Below are positions 1 to 10,650 of a stretch of 64,000 nucleotides of DNA, piece by piece. A model generated the notes under the pieces. That model had not been told where the DNA came from. It did no database searches and worked only from the letters and a program-made list of their open reading frames with translations. Every line of letters starts with the position of its first letter. Positions within the stretch are counted from its first letter, which is position 1. Both the position numbers and the translations under genes were made by a program. The stretch comes from an uncultured delta proteobacterium (GTDB taxonomy: Bacteria; Desulfobacterota; Binatia; UBA9968), in contig CAVWLW010000050.1 of the NCBI GenBank assembly GCA_963755715.1, forward strand, positions 96,001 to 160,000. The letters are read 5' to 3'.

Positions 1-1087
1 GCGCAGCCGTCCATGCCGTGACCGTGATCGGCGATGTGGTGCTCAACGTATCGGAACCGACACTGGCGCCCTCAGTGAGCTGATACCGCGTGATCGAGTT
101 GCCGGAGCCCGAGCCCGGCGAGAGGAAGTACGGCGTCGTGCTGGAATCCTGGACGAGCGGAGGCGCGATATTAAACACCAAGTCGTTGAAGCATATGGCG
201 CTAGGTGCTGTGCCGACGAGTGATGGCGCCTTATCGATCGAAATGATCGCCCCCCTCACCGTGGTGATGCCGAAATCGTTCGCCGTGATGAACCAGCGCG
301 CGCTGCTATATCCGGCGCTTGGATAGTCCCAGGAGCGGTTGGCTGCTTGTTTGCAAAAAAATGAGCCTCCTTGGCTGAGAAAGAAACGATACTGGAACCA
401 CGTGGTACCAGTGTTGTCGGTGGAAACGGCGAAGTATTGGAACTGATCAGCGTTGGTGCTGTCGTCCGAGTCCGCCGATACAAAGAAGCGGTCCACCGCG
501 GGATCGTAGAGCACACGCGGATCGAACAATGTCTGGGTTGCCGGAATCGAAAAAGCATTGAAAAAGGTCTTCAGCGATACTTTGCTGACCAGCGCGCAGT
601 TTGTCTTGTTGTAAACGCCGACCTCGACGTTCGTCACCGTAACGATGTTGGCTGGGCCGGCCGCACCGTGAATGTCGGACGGCAAAAACCCCACCGCCGA
701 GTTCGTCTGACAACTGGGCGGGACAGTTGGCGATTCCGACGGCGGCGGCTGCGGCGCACTTGTGAACGGGCCTTGCCGTTGTGCGGGCGCAACAGGCTGG
801 TTCGTCTTGATCTGCCCCAGCGCGTCATCACCGATCGGGATTCGCCTGTGAATCGCTCTCGGGGACACATCCTGTTCGGACATGAGCATGTCTTCGGACA
901 TGATCATGCCCAGGGGCATCTGGTAGGTCCCGCCGCCGATTGCTGTCTGGATCTGGACTTGAGCTTGCGCAGCACCCGATGGGCCGATGAGTACGAAGCC
1001 TGAGGCTAGTCCAACGAGACGGACCAGCCAGAGGGCGATCCACCTTACGCTTCGGCTTGATGCTCTTTGAAAACTATAGTTGGCCAC
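1..1087 (-). CDS. Secreted hypothetical protein, 5' part; runs off the window edge
   Basis: Manual translation from GTG at 1087: MANYSFQRASSRSVRWIALWLVRLVGLASGFVLIGPSGAAQAQ (signal peptide) ... PSDIHGAAGPANIVTVTN ... TLFDPRVLYD ... WDYPSAG. Absent from the ORF track because its stop lies outside the window. Confidence 0.7.
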   Translation of the reverse strand, partial: MANYSFQRASSRSVRWIALWLVRLVGLASGFVLIGPSGAAQAQVQIQTAIGGGTYQMPLGMIMSEDMLMSEQDVSPRAIHRRIPIGDDALGQIKTNQPVAPAQRQGPFTSAPQPPPSESPTVPPSCQTNSAVGFLPSDIHGAAGPANIVTVTNVEVGVYNKTNCALVSKVSLKTFFNAFSIPATQTLFDPRVLYDPAVDRFFVSADSDDSTNADQFQYFAVSTDNTGTTWFQYRFFLSQGGSFFCKQAANRSWDYPSAGYSSARWFITANDFGITTVRGAIISIDKAPSLVGTAPSAICFNDLVFNIAPPLVQDSSTTPYFLSPGSGSGNSITRYQLTEGASVGSDTLSTTSPITVTAWTAA

Positions 1088-1283
1088 GTCACAACTCTGG
1101 AGTTCACAAGCACATAATCCAAGCTCGTGGCCCAGGTCAAACAGTCCTGACTCAGCCTGACCGTGCACTGCGGAGGCGGTGAAGCTAGCCGGGCTAACGG
1201 TTGCTTTTTCTTCCAGACTCTAAAACACCGAGTCCGATTTACGTGAACTTTAAACCTTGAACCTTGAATGGGCGCAAGCCATT

Positions 1284-2246
1284 TTACTCCGGCATCACCT
1301 GTTGGACTCGCTCGGGCTCATCGCCGAGCCACGTCGGATTGGATGCGGTGCCGTCGAAAATCGACGTCGTCTTAAACAGCTCGAATTCGCCGCGCGCAGC
1401 CGCTTTCGCCGTTTTCGTCAGCAACGATTTCACTTGGGTTTTGCCCATCGGTCGAAAAGTGCGCGCCGCGTCGAATGCCTGATCGAGAATCTCCATGCTA
1501 TCGACACCGGTGATGACCACCGACGTCGGTAAGTTTAGGGCATAGTGGAGACACTCTATCGCAGTTACGGTCTTCGACTTCAGAATAAGTCCGTTAGCCA
1601 TGCTTTTCATGCCGAGCACGCCGATTTTTTGCTTCACGAGCTCGGGCAGAACCAGTTTTTCAAAGCTCCGGTAGTGCGCGTCCATGACGTTGAGCGGCAT
1701 CTGCACCGTATCGAACTTGAACCGCTGCTGCTTTGCCACCTCGAGCATATAGAGGTGAATGCGCGGGTCCTTGTGGCCGGTGAAGCCGATGTAGCGGAGC
1801 TTTCCCGCTTTACGCGCCTCGATGAGCGCAGCGTGGGCGCCGTCGTCGTCGAAGATGCGGTGCGGATCCTCGTAGCGCAGGATCTCGTGGTGCTGGACCA
1901 GGTCAATGCAGTCGGTCTGCAGGCGACGCAACGACTCTTCGATTTGCCTCGCTGCTTCTTTTTTCGAGCGCCCGTCGATCTTGGTCATCAAGAATACTTT
2001 GCTCCGATAGCCGTCGCGGAGCGCTTTGCCCATGCGGATCTCGCTGGCGCCGTCATTGTAGTCCCAGCAGTTGTCCATGAAGTTGATGCCGCGATGAATC
2101 GCATCGCGAACGATACGGATACTCAGCGGTTCATCCACCTTTTTGAGGCCGAGGTGCCAGCCTCCAAGACCGATGGCGGATACCCGTTCTTTGGTGCTGC
2201 CGAGGACTCGGTACGGCATTTCAGCGTGCCCTGTGTTTGTCGCCAT
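1284..2246 (-). CDS. Aldo/keto reductase
   Basis: VSAIGLGGWH, GINFMDNCWDY, LMTK, IDLVQHH, RYIGFTGH motifs; start moved to the ATG after the AGGAGGAG RBS. Confidence 0.9.
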   Translation of the reverse strand: MATNTGHAEMPYRVLGSTKERVSAIGLGGWHLGLKKVDEPLSIRIVRDAIHRGINFMDNCWDYNDGASEIRMGKALRDGYRSKVFLMTKIDGRSKKEAARQIEESLRRLQTDCIDLVQHHEILRYEDPHRIFDDDGAHAALIEARKAGKLRYIGFTGHKDPRIHLYMLEVAKQQRFKFDTVQMPLNVMDAHYRSFEKLVLPELVKQKIGVLGMKSMANGLILKSKTVTAIECLHYALNLPTSVVITGVDSMEILDQAFDAARTFRPMGKTQVKSLLTKTAKAAARGEFELFKTTSIFDGTASNPTWLGDEPERVQQVMPE

Positions 2247-2416
2247 GGTCTCCTCCTTTTGAATTGCCTGCCGTGGTTTTTTGGTTTGCTGCATGCTGGA
2301 TAGATACGCGATGCGTATCATCTAAGTATTTCACCTCTTTTGTTGCCTGCAAGATGGGTTGCGGCCGGAGGGCGTGAAGAAGTCGGGGTATCCCGACTGT
2401 AAAAATTTTAGTGAAA

Positions 2417-3317
2417 GGGCCGGAGCTTGCGATACGACAGAGTCAATTCGCTTCCTCGATTCGTTTGAGTCTGCGGCTCACCGTCGCGTAGTGGACATCC
2501 AAGTGCGAGGCGATCTCGTTGAGCCGATATCCATGCGCGTACGCCTCGGCGATCGCCTTTTCGCCACTCTTTGCAAATATCCGCTGCAGCGAGGGCGTAG
2601 CCGCTCTCAATTGCGCGCGCGGTATCTCCTTAACGTCCTTTTTACCAGAAGCGTGTTTCTCGATGAACGCTTCACTTCCCAAGTAGATCTGACCCTTGAG
2701 ATCGTCCCACGGCCGACTCGCCATTCCGTCCCTGACGAACTCCCGATATCGCTGCTGTGCTCTTGATCGGCTCTTGCCAAATTGCTCCAGAATCCAGTCG
2801 GTGTGCAGAAACTCCGGCACGGATGCGAGTCCCGCGGTGGCCCGGTAACTGCTCCATTTCCAAGTGGATGCTTTGGCGCTGCTCTTGACCCGCGCGGGAT
2901 TGAGCACGATGTACCGACATAGTTCCAACAGATGCGAATCCCTTTCTACCAGGATCGCCTTGAATCGCCCCTGAAACAGATGTCCAACCCGGTTGTGCCG
3001 GCGGTTAAAACTTTGCGTGTAAATGCCGTTGAGCTGGCGCATGCCGATCGAAAGGTTCGCCTTGGGCGTCTCCACCAGCAAGTGATAATGATTGGCCATC
3101 AAGCAGTAGGCGCGGCAGATCCAGTGGTAGCGAGTCACCACCCCGGTCAGTGTGCTCAGAAACAACTCGCGGTCGGCGTCAGTAAAAAACACTTTCTGCC
3201 GCGCGTTGCCGCGGCCCGTCAGATGATAGATCGCACCGGGAAACTCTAATCGCAGAGGGCGCGCCATAGCACCGACCTTCTTATCGAACGAAATGTGTTA
3301 TTGCAAGACCTGACCCC
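2417..3317 (-). mobile_element. RAYT/TnpA-REP element bounded by imperfect inverted end motifs
   Basis: 3294-3317 TGTGTTATTGCAAGACCTGACCCC and the reverse complement of 2417-2439, TGTCGTATCGCAAGCTCCGGCCC, flank the transposase in inverted orientation. Confidence 0.7.
2443..3267 (-). CDS. REP-associated tyrosine transposase (Y1 HUH) with C-terminal HTH
   Basis: MARPLR..GAIYHLTGRGN, YCLMANHYHLL (HUH), GHLFQGRF, RYIVLNP, WSSY; HTH GYRLNEIASHLDVHYATVSR. Confidence 0.92.
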   Translation of the reverse strand: MARPLRLEFPGAIYHLTGRGNARQKVFFTDADRELFLSTLTGVVTRYHWICRAYCLMANHYHLLVETPKANLSIGMRQLNGIYTQSFNRRHNRVGHLFQGRFKAILVERDSHLLELCRYIVLNPARVKSSAKASTWKWSSYRATAGLASVPEFLHTDWILEQFGKSRSRAQQRYREFVRDGMASRPWDDLKGQIYLGSEAFIEKHASGKKDVKEIPRAQLRAATPSLQRIFAKSGEKAIAEAYAHGYRLNEIASHLDVHYATVSRRLKRIEEAN

Positions 3318-3516
3318 AAAACCATGCACTCCGCGCTGGTCGCGCCTGCTTATCGGCTTCAGCGCGCTTTACGCCGGCGCCATGATCGCGCTATGTTCTA
3401 ACGATGATTTTTAAGCCCGAGATGCGCTGGTTCGGCGGCACGATTCCGATTTTCTTTCACTTCGTGCTGGCCGGTTTTATCTTGGTGCTTGGACGCTACC
3501 ACTCTCAAGCCAGCAA

Positions 3517-5313
3517 ATGAAAGCTATCATCTTAATCATCGGCTTAATCATCGGCGCTTGCTTGACCTGGCTTGTGTGTGCGCCATCCCGGCTAGGCTCA
3601 TGGTGGCTCGCGAAACAAATCGGCGCGCGGCCCGCCGAATATTCGGTTCGCATCGAACGCGGGGTTACCATGACTTCGTACGACGGAACCCTGTTAGTCG
3701 CGGATGTTTATCAACCGTCTGACGCGAGTCCGCACCCGACTATTCTGGTCCGCATTCCGTATACAAAGAATTTCTATAATACGATGATCGCGACCGTTGT
3801 CGGAAGATATTGGGCCGAGCGGGGATACCACGTCGTCATCCAGGGCACGCGCGGACGCTACGAATCCGACGGAACATACGATCCCTTCAAACACGAGCGA
3901 CGAGACGGCATCGAAACCCTGCGCTGGATCGCCAAGCAGCCTTGGTTCAACGGGCGATTGGGCATGTGGGGAGGTTCCTACTTCGGCTATACTCAGTGGG
4001 TGTTGGCGGATCAGTCTGCGCCTGGGGCCTCGGCGTTTAATATTCAGATTGCGAGCAGCGAATTTTACCGTATGTTTTATCCAGGCGGCGCACTCTCACT
4101 CGAAAGCGCTTTGAATTGGGCTGTCAGCAGCCACGGCAAAGAAGACATCGAGCCCGACCAAGAAACCCTGGATCGCGGATTTAACGGCCTGCCACTGATC
4201 CAAGCGGACGACCGCGCCATAACCGATATCCCGTTCTTCAACGACTGGGTGAATCACCCAACGAGAGACGAATATTGGCACGCCGTCGACGGCGATGAGC
4301 GGGTGAAAAATCTCACTGCGCCGGCGCTTTTGATGGCCGGATGGTACGATCCTTTCTTACCGGCGCAACTCGATGATTTCGTGCGTATACGGCGCGATAC
4401 CCGTCCGGAGGTAGCGGCGGCATCACGCTTGGTCGTCGGACCTTGGGCGCACGCGCGCACCGTCATCCTGCCGGACGGCGCGGTTCAACCCAACTATCGC
4501 GTCGAGAGTTTCACGCCAAGTGTGCCGTGGTTCGACCAACACTTGCGCGGCACTGGAGAGGCGTTGGCGGCGCCGGTCCGAATCTTTGTCATGGGCGCGA
4601 ATGTTTGGCGCGACGAACAAGAATGGCCGCTTGAGCGGACGCAGTTCGCGGATTTTTTTCTCGACAGCAGCGGCCGTGCAAATAGCGCCGGCGGCGACGG
4701 AAGACTATCGTTGAAAGCGCCAGCCGAAAACACACCGTCGGACACTTTTATTTACGATCCATTGCGCCCCGTGCCGTCTGCCGGCGGCGCCATGATCGGC
4801 CCGCGTGCCGGCATCGCTTTACAAAACAAGCTCGAAGCGAGGCCGGATGTGCTGGTTTACTCAACGCCGCCACTGGATAAAGACATCGAAGCAACCGGGC
4901 CGGTGAAGCTCATTCTGTTCGTTGCGACGACGGCGCCCAATACCGATTTTACTGCCAAATTAGTCGACATATTTCCGGACGGCTCGGCATATAACGTGTC
5001 CGATGGTATTCTTCGACGCGGGTATGAAGGCAATTCTCCTACGAAAATCACCGTAGACCTTTGGCCCACAAGTTTCGTTTTTCGCAAAGGACACCGTATC
5101 CGGCTCGAGGTGTCAAGCAGCAATTTTCCCCGATTCGATCGCAACCCGAATACCGGAAGAACCATCGCTACCGAAACGGAAACGATCGTCGCGCGCCAAA
5201 TGATTCATCATAGTTCGTCTATGCCATCGCGACTGGTTCTACCGGTGATTCCACATCGGGAGACCGCCACGGAAACACGAACAACATTGATTGAATCAGC
5301 CAATTTGCCGTGA
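3517..5313 (+). CDS. CocE/NonD family serine hydrolase
   Basis: 598 aa; ILVRIPY, GMWGGSYFG nucleophile motif, GWYD, GPWAH, SSSNFPRFDRNPNTG. Confidence 0.93.
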   Translation: MKAIILIIGLIIGACLTWLVCAPSRLGSWWLAKQIGARPAEYSVRIERGVTMTSYDGTLLVADVYQPSDASPHPTILVRIPYTKNFYNTMIATVVGRYWAERGYHVVIQGTRGRYESDGTYDPFKHERRDGIETLRWIAKQPWFNGRLGMWGGSYFGYTQWVLADQSAPGASAFNIQIASSEFYRMFYPGGALSLESALNWAVSSHGKEDIEPDQETLDRGFNGLPLIQADDRAITDIPFFNDWVNHPTRDEYWHAVDGDERVKNLTAPALLMAGWYDPFLPAQLDDFVRIRRDTRPEVAAASRLVVGPWAHARTVILPDGAVQPNYRVESFTPSVPWFDQHLRGTGEALAAPVRIFVMGANVWRDEQEWPLERTQFADFFLDSSGRANSAGGDGRLSLKAPAENTPSDTFIYDPLRPVPSAGGAMIGPRAGIALQNKLEARPDVLVYSTPPLDKDIEATGPVKLILFVATTAPNTDFTAKLVDIFPDGSAYNVSDGILRRGYEGNSPTKITVDLWPTSFVFRKGHRIRLEVSSSNFPRFDRNPNTGRTIATETETIVARQMIHHSSSMPSRLVLPVIPHRETATETRTTLIESANLP

Positions 5314-5410
5314 TAAGAAAACGCTCACCGCGGAGGCCTTCAAATCACGATGAATTTCCAAGGGGAGAAATTACGGTGTCTACCATCGGAATTTAGCAGG
5401 TAGCAGGATC

Positions 5411-5600
5411 TAAGAGAATCCTGTAAAGAGATTCTTGACGAGGGTGTGGCTCTTGGGGTCAGTGGCCTGTTTATTCAGGCTCACCCAGTCTGAAATGCCG
5501 CCCTCGTCACCTGCATCATCCGAGGGTCGACCGGGATGGTGCCATATTCTCTCACCAGAATACGTGGCTCTGTAAGTAGACGAGACCGAAGGATGATGAA
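5411..5600 (+). ncRNA. Putative IS110 bridge RNA
   Basis: 5' hairpin AGAATC/GATTCT. Target-binding loop closed by TGACGAGGG (5436)/CCCTCGTCA (5509) with internal-loop strands TTGGGGTC and AGTCTGA. Donor-binding loop closed by CATCATCC/GGATGATG with strand CGGGATG, which matches the element's right end. Confidence 0.7.
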
Positions 5601-5626
5601 ATCTCGATCTACGAAGGAGGAGCTAC

Positions 5627-6980
5627 GTGTCAGAAGAAAAATCATTAGAACTCAGAGTCAGTGTGGACGTGGGGTATCGTCGTCACAGTGTGGCGATGGG
5701 GTTATCGAGCGGCGAGGTGCTCGAAGAGTTCGAAATCGAGCACCGGCCCGAGGGATTTCAAGAGTTCTTTTCTCGCATCGAGAAGCACCGCAAGAAAGAG
5801 TACTGTGCAGTAGCGGTAGCCATGGAAGGTTACAACGGCTACGCGCGGCCACTGGACAGCATGGTCCGTCAACGGGGTTATCGGCTTTATAATCTCAACA
5901 ATCTAAAGTTTGCTCGCTTCAAAGAGATTTTCCCCGGAGCTGCCAAGAGCGACCGGATCGATGCGCGCAAGGGATTGGAGCTGTTTCAGCTAAGCGATCA
6001 TCTGCCGTTGGCCAAAGAAGTGCTGCAGGAAGTCAGTGGGACACCGCCCGAGAACGAAGTCCTCAAACGATTAACCCGGCGCCGGCGCAGATTAGTCAAC
6101 GAGCGGGTGCGGGTGGTGAACAATCTACAGGCCGATCTGCAAGCGGTGTGTCCAGGGTTATTAGAAATCACCGGTGAAGCAAGCAACCAGTGGTTTTTAA
6201 ATTTTCTTCTCAGTGTGGACACTCTGCCCCAGCTTGCCCGGCTCAGACGCAGCACGCTTTTGAAGATCCCCTCGGTGGGAGTGAAGAGCGCCGCTATCAT
6301 TGAGCGACTGGCAGAAGCGTGCTCACTTTAGCCAAGAGGTCGAGTGGGTCAGCGAGATGATCCAGGAAGATGCCAGGCGGTGTGTGGAGCTCGATGAGAA
6401 GATTAAGCGGTTAGAAACCAAGGTTGCCGAGGTTGCTAAGGACTCCAAGATCGCCAAGACTTTACGATCGATTCCGGGGTTTGGTGCCGTGTGCACTTCA
6501 GAATTGGCCGGCGAGATCGGCACCATCGAACGGTTTGCCTCTGAGGGAAGCCTTTCTTTGTATCTTGGCATGTCCACGTTGGACAACAGGTCGGGGAAAT
6601 ACCAGGGGACCAAGGCACCCAAGCACGTGAACACTCGGGCCAAAGCAGCGATGATGATCGCTTTGGATCGACATCGAAAATATGTCCCCGAGTCGCAGAG
6701 GTACTACGAAAAGAAACGAAGCGAGGGAAAGAAACACAACCAGGCGATTCGAGCTCTAGGTCGACACCTCGTCTCGGATCATTTACAAGATGCTCAAACA
6801 AGAACGGGAGTATGAGATTCGTCCTGAAAAGGGGAATACCAAGAGCCAAGGTCAGTCCGAGATCGTTCGATTAAAACGAAAATACGGAGGCCGAAAATCT
6901 CGAGCCAAGAAACAAAATAACAAAATCTACGAGCAGAGCGCGTACAGGCGTCATCACCGCTTGAAATTTCCAGCGGGATG
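5627..6980 (+). CDS. IS110 DEDD recombinase/transposase (frameshifted near 6300 and 6770)
   Basis: VDVG, AMEG, KSDRIDA (RuvC-like DEDD), SIPGFG, NRSGK, ALGRHL; spread over ORFs 5627-6331, 6300-6815 and 6790 onward. 3' end approximate. Confidence 0.88.
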
Positions 6981-6990
6981 TTCAGACTTT

Positions 6991-7390
6991 CTATTCTTGA
7001 CAATCTGCCGCGAGTTGCACCGCCTGCTTCCTCAAAGGTTCGTTCTCGCTCATACGAACGGCAAACCGCGAGACTAAGGAACTAACCGTTGCAACGTCTC
7101 GACCCAGACACTTCGCAACATCTTTAAGCTTATAGCCCAGCCGCCGGATCAGTACATATCCGACCAGCGCCCGCGATTGCGAGACCTCCCAGCCTCGGCC
7201 TGCTCCTTCAAGCACCTGGGGCTCCACCTCAACCGCTCGCGCGGCACTGCGAAACACGACGCTCAACTGCTTCTTACGCCGGAAAATCTCTTCCTCGTTA
7301 ACTTTGCGCTTGAGCTTTTGGGCAAACTCCTCAGCTCCCGAAAACCGGTGGTCCTCAACCTGGTAATAATCCTCCCGATGCCCCCTCCGA
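6991..7390 (-). pseudogene. RAYT C-terminal remnant (HTH region) followed by its end motif
   Basis: GHREDYYQVEDHRF..LVGYVLIRRLGYKLKDVAKCLGRDVATVS; ends in GATTGTCAAGAATAGAAAGTCTGA on the minus strand. Confidence 0.7.
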
Positions 7391-7518
7391 GCGCTGCGCC
7401 GCCCAAGCCAGCAGAAGCAACATTGGGATTTTCATCAACCAGAAAGACGATTGACATCCCACCAGTCCGGCGGTATTGCTCGGGCCAGAAAAAAAGGTGG
7501 TTTAAAATTCCTATACAG

Positions 7519-8154
7519 ATGGAAACCCAAACGGCAACTCAGTTGCAGACGCAAAGTGAAAATGCCATGGAGCGCTTCGTGCGTAAAACCCGTGTGCTCT
7601 TCGCTCAAGAACCGGACCTCGACAAGCGTTGGAATTCCCTGAGGCCGATACTCGCCGAGCTTCTGGCCGATCCTGACGTAATCGCGGCATCGACGCAATG
7701 GCCGGATTGCGTGCCGGCGAACGGGCGAGCAGAGAATCTGCTTTTTTACGAGGATCTGGATTACGGCTTTGCCATCAACGGATTGACCAAAGGCGACGCA
7801 AGGCAAGGCGGGCGCGCTCGCATCCACGACCACGCCCATATTTACACACTCTACGGCGTGCTCGACGGACATGAGAAAGTGGTCCGTTACGACCGGCTCG
7901 ACGATCGCTCGAAGCCTGACCACGCCGAAATCCGGGAGAGCTGCAACGTGCTCGTCGGCCCCGGAGAGATCGACCTCGTCAAGCCCTATGAGATTCACAC
8001 CGAGATCACCGTTGGTGAACGCACCGTTGCCGTGATTATTCGCAGCCAGAAAGGCGGCGAGTTCAATCAGGGACGCTATGTTTCGGAAGAGAATCGTTAC
8101 TATGAAAGCCTGGGACCGCGACAGACCCCTTGCGAGATGCTGCCAAAATATTAA
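7519..8154 (+). CDS. Cysteine-dioxygenase-like cupin
   Basis: RIHDHAHIYTLYGVLDGHE ... EIH, a 3-His cupin pattern; start set at METQ. Confidence 0.7.
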   Translation: METQTATQLQTQSENAMERFVRKTRVLFAQEPDLDKRWNSLRPILAELLADPDVIAASTQWPDCVPANGRAENLLFYEDLDYGFAINGLTKGDARQGGRARIHDHAHIYTLYGVLDGHEKVVRYDRLDDRSKPDHAEIRESCNVLVGPGEIDLVKPYEIHTEITVGERTVAVIIRSQKGGEFNQGRYVSEENRYYESLGPRQTPCEMLPKY

Positions 8155-8204
8155 CCACGATTAAAATTGGGTAGCATGACAAGCATGCTCCTGCCCAAGA
8201 GGAG

Positions 8205-8828
8205 ATGACCATGGCACGACCCGAAAGAATTGGCCAATCGTTAGAATCGATCGAAGCATTGATCCACTACCTTGAGGAGGGCGAAAAACCGGCCAGCTAT
8301 GGTGGCGTGAGAAAATCAGTGGCGGCCCAGAAGAAAAAGGGCAAATATCAAGAGCACAAAATGACGATTTACAACGCCCGCGCCATCGCCGATCAATTGT
8401 CCCTGGAGCGCGAAGGTTTCATTCTCGTCAATCATGAAACCAAGATGACAAACTTCTACGACGAGAATGAAATTCGCAACCTGTACTACAAGGAAACCGA
8501 GGAACTGGTAAAACGGACCTCCGGCGCCAAACGCGTCGTGGTTTTCGATCACACCTTGCGCTCCGCCGACGAGGCGATGCGTGAAGAGAAACAGATCAGC
8601 GGGCCGGTGCGCCACGCTCATAACGACTACACCGATTGGTCCGGGCCGCAGCGCGTGCGCGACCTACTCCCCGACGAAGCAGAAGAGCTTCTCAAACGCC
8701 GCTTTGCCATCGTCCAAACCTGGCGGCCGATCAACAAGCCCGTGCAGCGGGAGCCGCTGGCGATTGCCGATGCGCGCAGCATCGGAACGAAGGAACTGGT
8801 CGCGCTCATGGCTTTCGACGGCAATTAA
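8205..8828 (+). pseudogene. CmcJ/NvfI-family oxidoreductase, C-terminally truncated
   Basis: SLEREGF, VVFDHTLR, HNDYT, RFAIVQTWRPI..EPLAIADARS; similarity stops at KELVA. Confidence 0.7.
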
Positions 8829-8846
8829 CCCCGGCGGAGGGTCGAA

Positions 8847-9857
8847 ATGGAAACGAAGAAAACAGTTCATATCACTTGGGAGGAAGCCCATCGGGCAGAG
8901 ACGGAGCGAGACAAGGCGAGACAGACATGCTGCCGATCCATACCGCCAAATCGGATGAAACTTACCACCGTTTACGTTTCTAGAGACCTCCGTAAACTAA
9001 AAGCTTCGGCGTTGCGTCTCTGGGACGTGACATTTAACCACAGGGTTGGGGCATCGGGCTATAAGGGAAAAACCCTTTTTAGTCCTGCAGCGGTCGAGAG
9101 AATCACAGAGTGGTCAAAAGGGTTTCCCCGGCTCGTCAACACAATTTGCGACAACGCGTTGCTCATTGCGCATTCAGCTTATAAACAAGCCGCTACTGCG
9201 AAAATGCTGAAACAAAAAGAGCTGGCTCAGGGTTTCCAACGCCGCGTGGAGACGTCGACGAAAACAAACGTGGCAGGGACAAATTCTCAAACGTTGGGGA
9301 ACCGACATAAAGCCGAGGCGGAGGAAGCCCAACGAACGCAATTCGGCGAGGATGAGCTTCGAGAGATTTATTTTAAGCGTGGCCCGACGAAATCGGCAGT
9401 CGCGATATTCCTGGGGATCATTTTACTGGCCGGTGTCGGGACGGTGTCCTATTCGCAACAGAGCAAAAACTATTTGTCCCATCTAGCTGTGAAGTGGGGA
9501 GCTATCGCTCAGCGAGCCGTACGCTATACTTCTGACGTAGAGGTGATGGTTGAAAACTCGAAGGCGCAACCCGTCGCGCCTCAACTCTCTTCAACAAATC
9601 AGGAACCTGTTCAACCTGACGGTCGAGAAAGCACAGCGAAAAAAGCGCGGGACTATTTGGGTAACTTTGAAGTCGTCGACGATTCCTTCGTTCGCGATAA
9701 CCCCCAACCGAATGCCGCCGTAATCGCGACTCTCCGGCCCGGCACGCAGGTCAGGGTAGAAAGCAAAACAGGAGAGTATTTCCGTATCCGCTCATTGCAC
9801 GACCCGGAGGTTATCGGTTATGTGCATGAACAAGACGCCTTCTTTCAAGCGCATTAA
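8847..9857 (+). CDS. Chimeric ORF: ExeA-like AAA C-terminal fragment, TM helix and SH3-like domain
   Basis: LFSPAAVERITEWSKGFPRLVNTICDNALL with no Walker A; hydrophobic AVAIFLGIILLAGVG; VRDNP..VIATLRPGTQVRV..GYVH. Confidence 0.55.
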   Translation: METKKTVHITWEEAHRAETERDKARQTCCRSIPPNRMKLTTVYVSRDLRKLKASALRLWDVTFNHRVGASGYKGKTLFSPAAVERITEWSKGFPRLVNTICDNALLIAHSAYKQAATAKMLKQKELAQGFQRRVETSTKTNVAGTNSQTLGNRHKAEAEEAQRTQFGEDELREIYFKRGPTKSAVAIFLGIILLAGVGTVSYSQQSKNYLSHLAVKWGAIAQRAVRYTSDVEVMVENSKAQPVAPQLSSTNQEPVQPDGRESTAKKARDYLGNFEVVDDSFVRDNPQPNAAVIATLRPGTQVRVESKTGEYFRIRSLHDPEVIGYVHEQDAFFQAH

Positions 9858-10050
9858 ATGAGGATACATTTCCGTCGAGTTGACGGTTAAAAGGGAGAAA
9901 TGTTTTTGTCGGTTAATTTTGCGCTTATTGAGATTGAATTGAATTCTCCGTCAATTCATTTCAGTGATACGAAATTGTCAAGATTGGCTAGATTAGCAAG
10001 TCTGATCAGGCTTACCTTTCAAAAAATGTCGTATTGCAAGACCTGATCCC

Positions 10051-10650
10051 GTGGGTTTGCTTGAAAGTGATTGACCATCCGAGCAATGGTCGCGTCGTCG
10101 AACATATCGCCGTTATAACTCAGCCAACCGCGCAGGCGGCTATTCTCCTCCACCATGTAGAGGTGCAGGTCGAAAATCGCTATTCCCGATCCAAAATCCA
10201 GTTCCTCCGTTCTTAGCCCGGCAAGCTCAAGGGGAACGAGCGGAGTGTTCTGCAGCGCGAATGTCACCTGAAAGAATGGATTGCGACTCAGATCCCGATC
10301 GGGCCGTAACTCCTCGACGATTTTCTCGAATGGCAAGTCTTGATGAGCATACGCTTCTAGACACACGTCGCGCACGCGTACCAGGAGTTGCCGAAACGTA
10401 GGATTTGCCGAGAGGTCCGTACGCAAGACCAACATATTCAGAAAAAACCCGACCAGCTCCTCGGTCTCCTTGTGATTCCGACCTGCCATCGGACTACCGA
10501 CGACAATGTCATTCTGACCGGTATATCGCCGCAGCAGTGTTTGATACGCCGCCAGCAATATCATGAAAAGCGTGCTCCCAGATTCCTGCCCGAGGCTCTT
10601 GAGTCCGGCTAGGAGTTTCCCCGACAACACAAAGGATTTCTGGGCGCCTA
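10051..10650 (-). pseudogene. Isolated NRPS condensation-domain fragment
   Basis: STLFMILLAAYQTLLRRYTGQNDIVVGSPMAGR, LVGFFLNMLVLR, AYAHQDLPFEKIVEEL.PDRDLSRNPFFQV; truncated at both ends. Confidence 0.85.

Larger units (their letters stand above)
5409..6983 (+). mobile_element. IS110-family element with TC core at both junctions
   Basis: Left junction GCAGGA-TC-TAAGAG (5409-5410); right junction CGGGATGT-TC-AGACTTT (6982-6983). The circle junction would give TTGAAA-N17-TAAGAG, a promoter-like arrangement. Confidence 0.75.

Noticed and set aside
371-1003. Plus-strand 210-aa ORF and similar long antisense ORFs (1545-2303, 31554-32774, 37787-38683, 62672-63409)
   Set aside because: They are shadows of real genes on the opposite strand and have no recognisable motifs.
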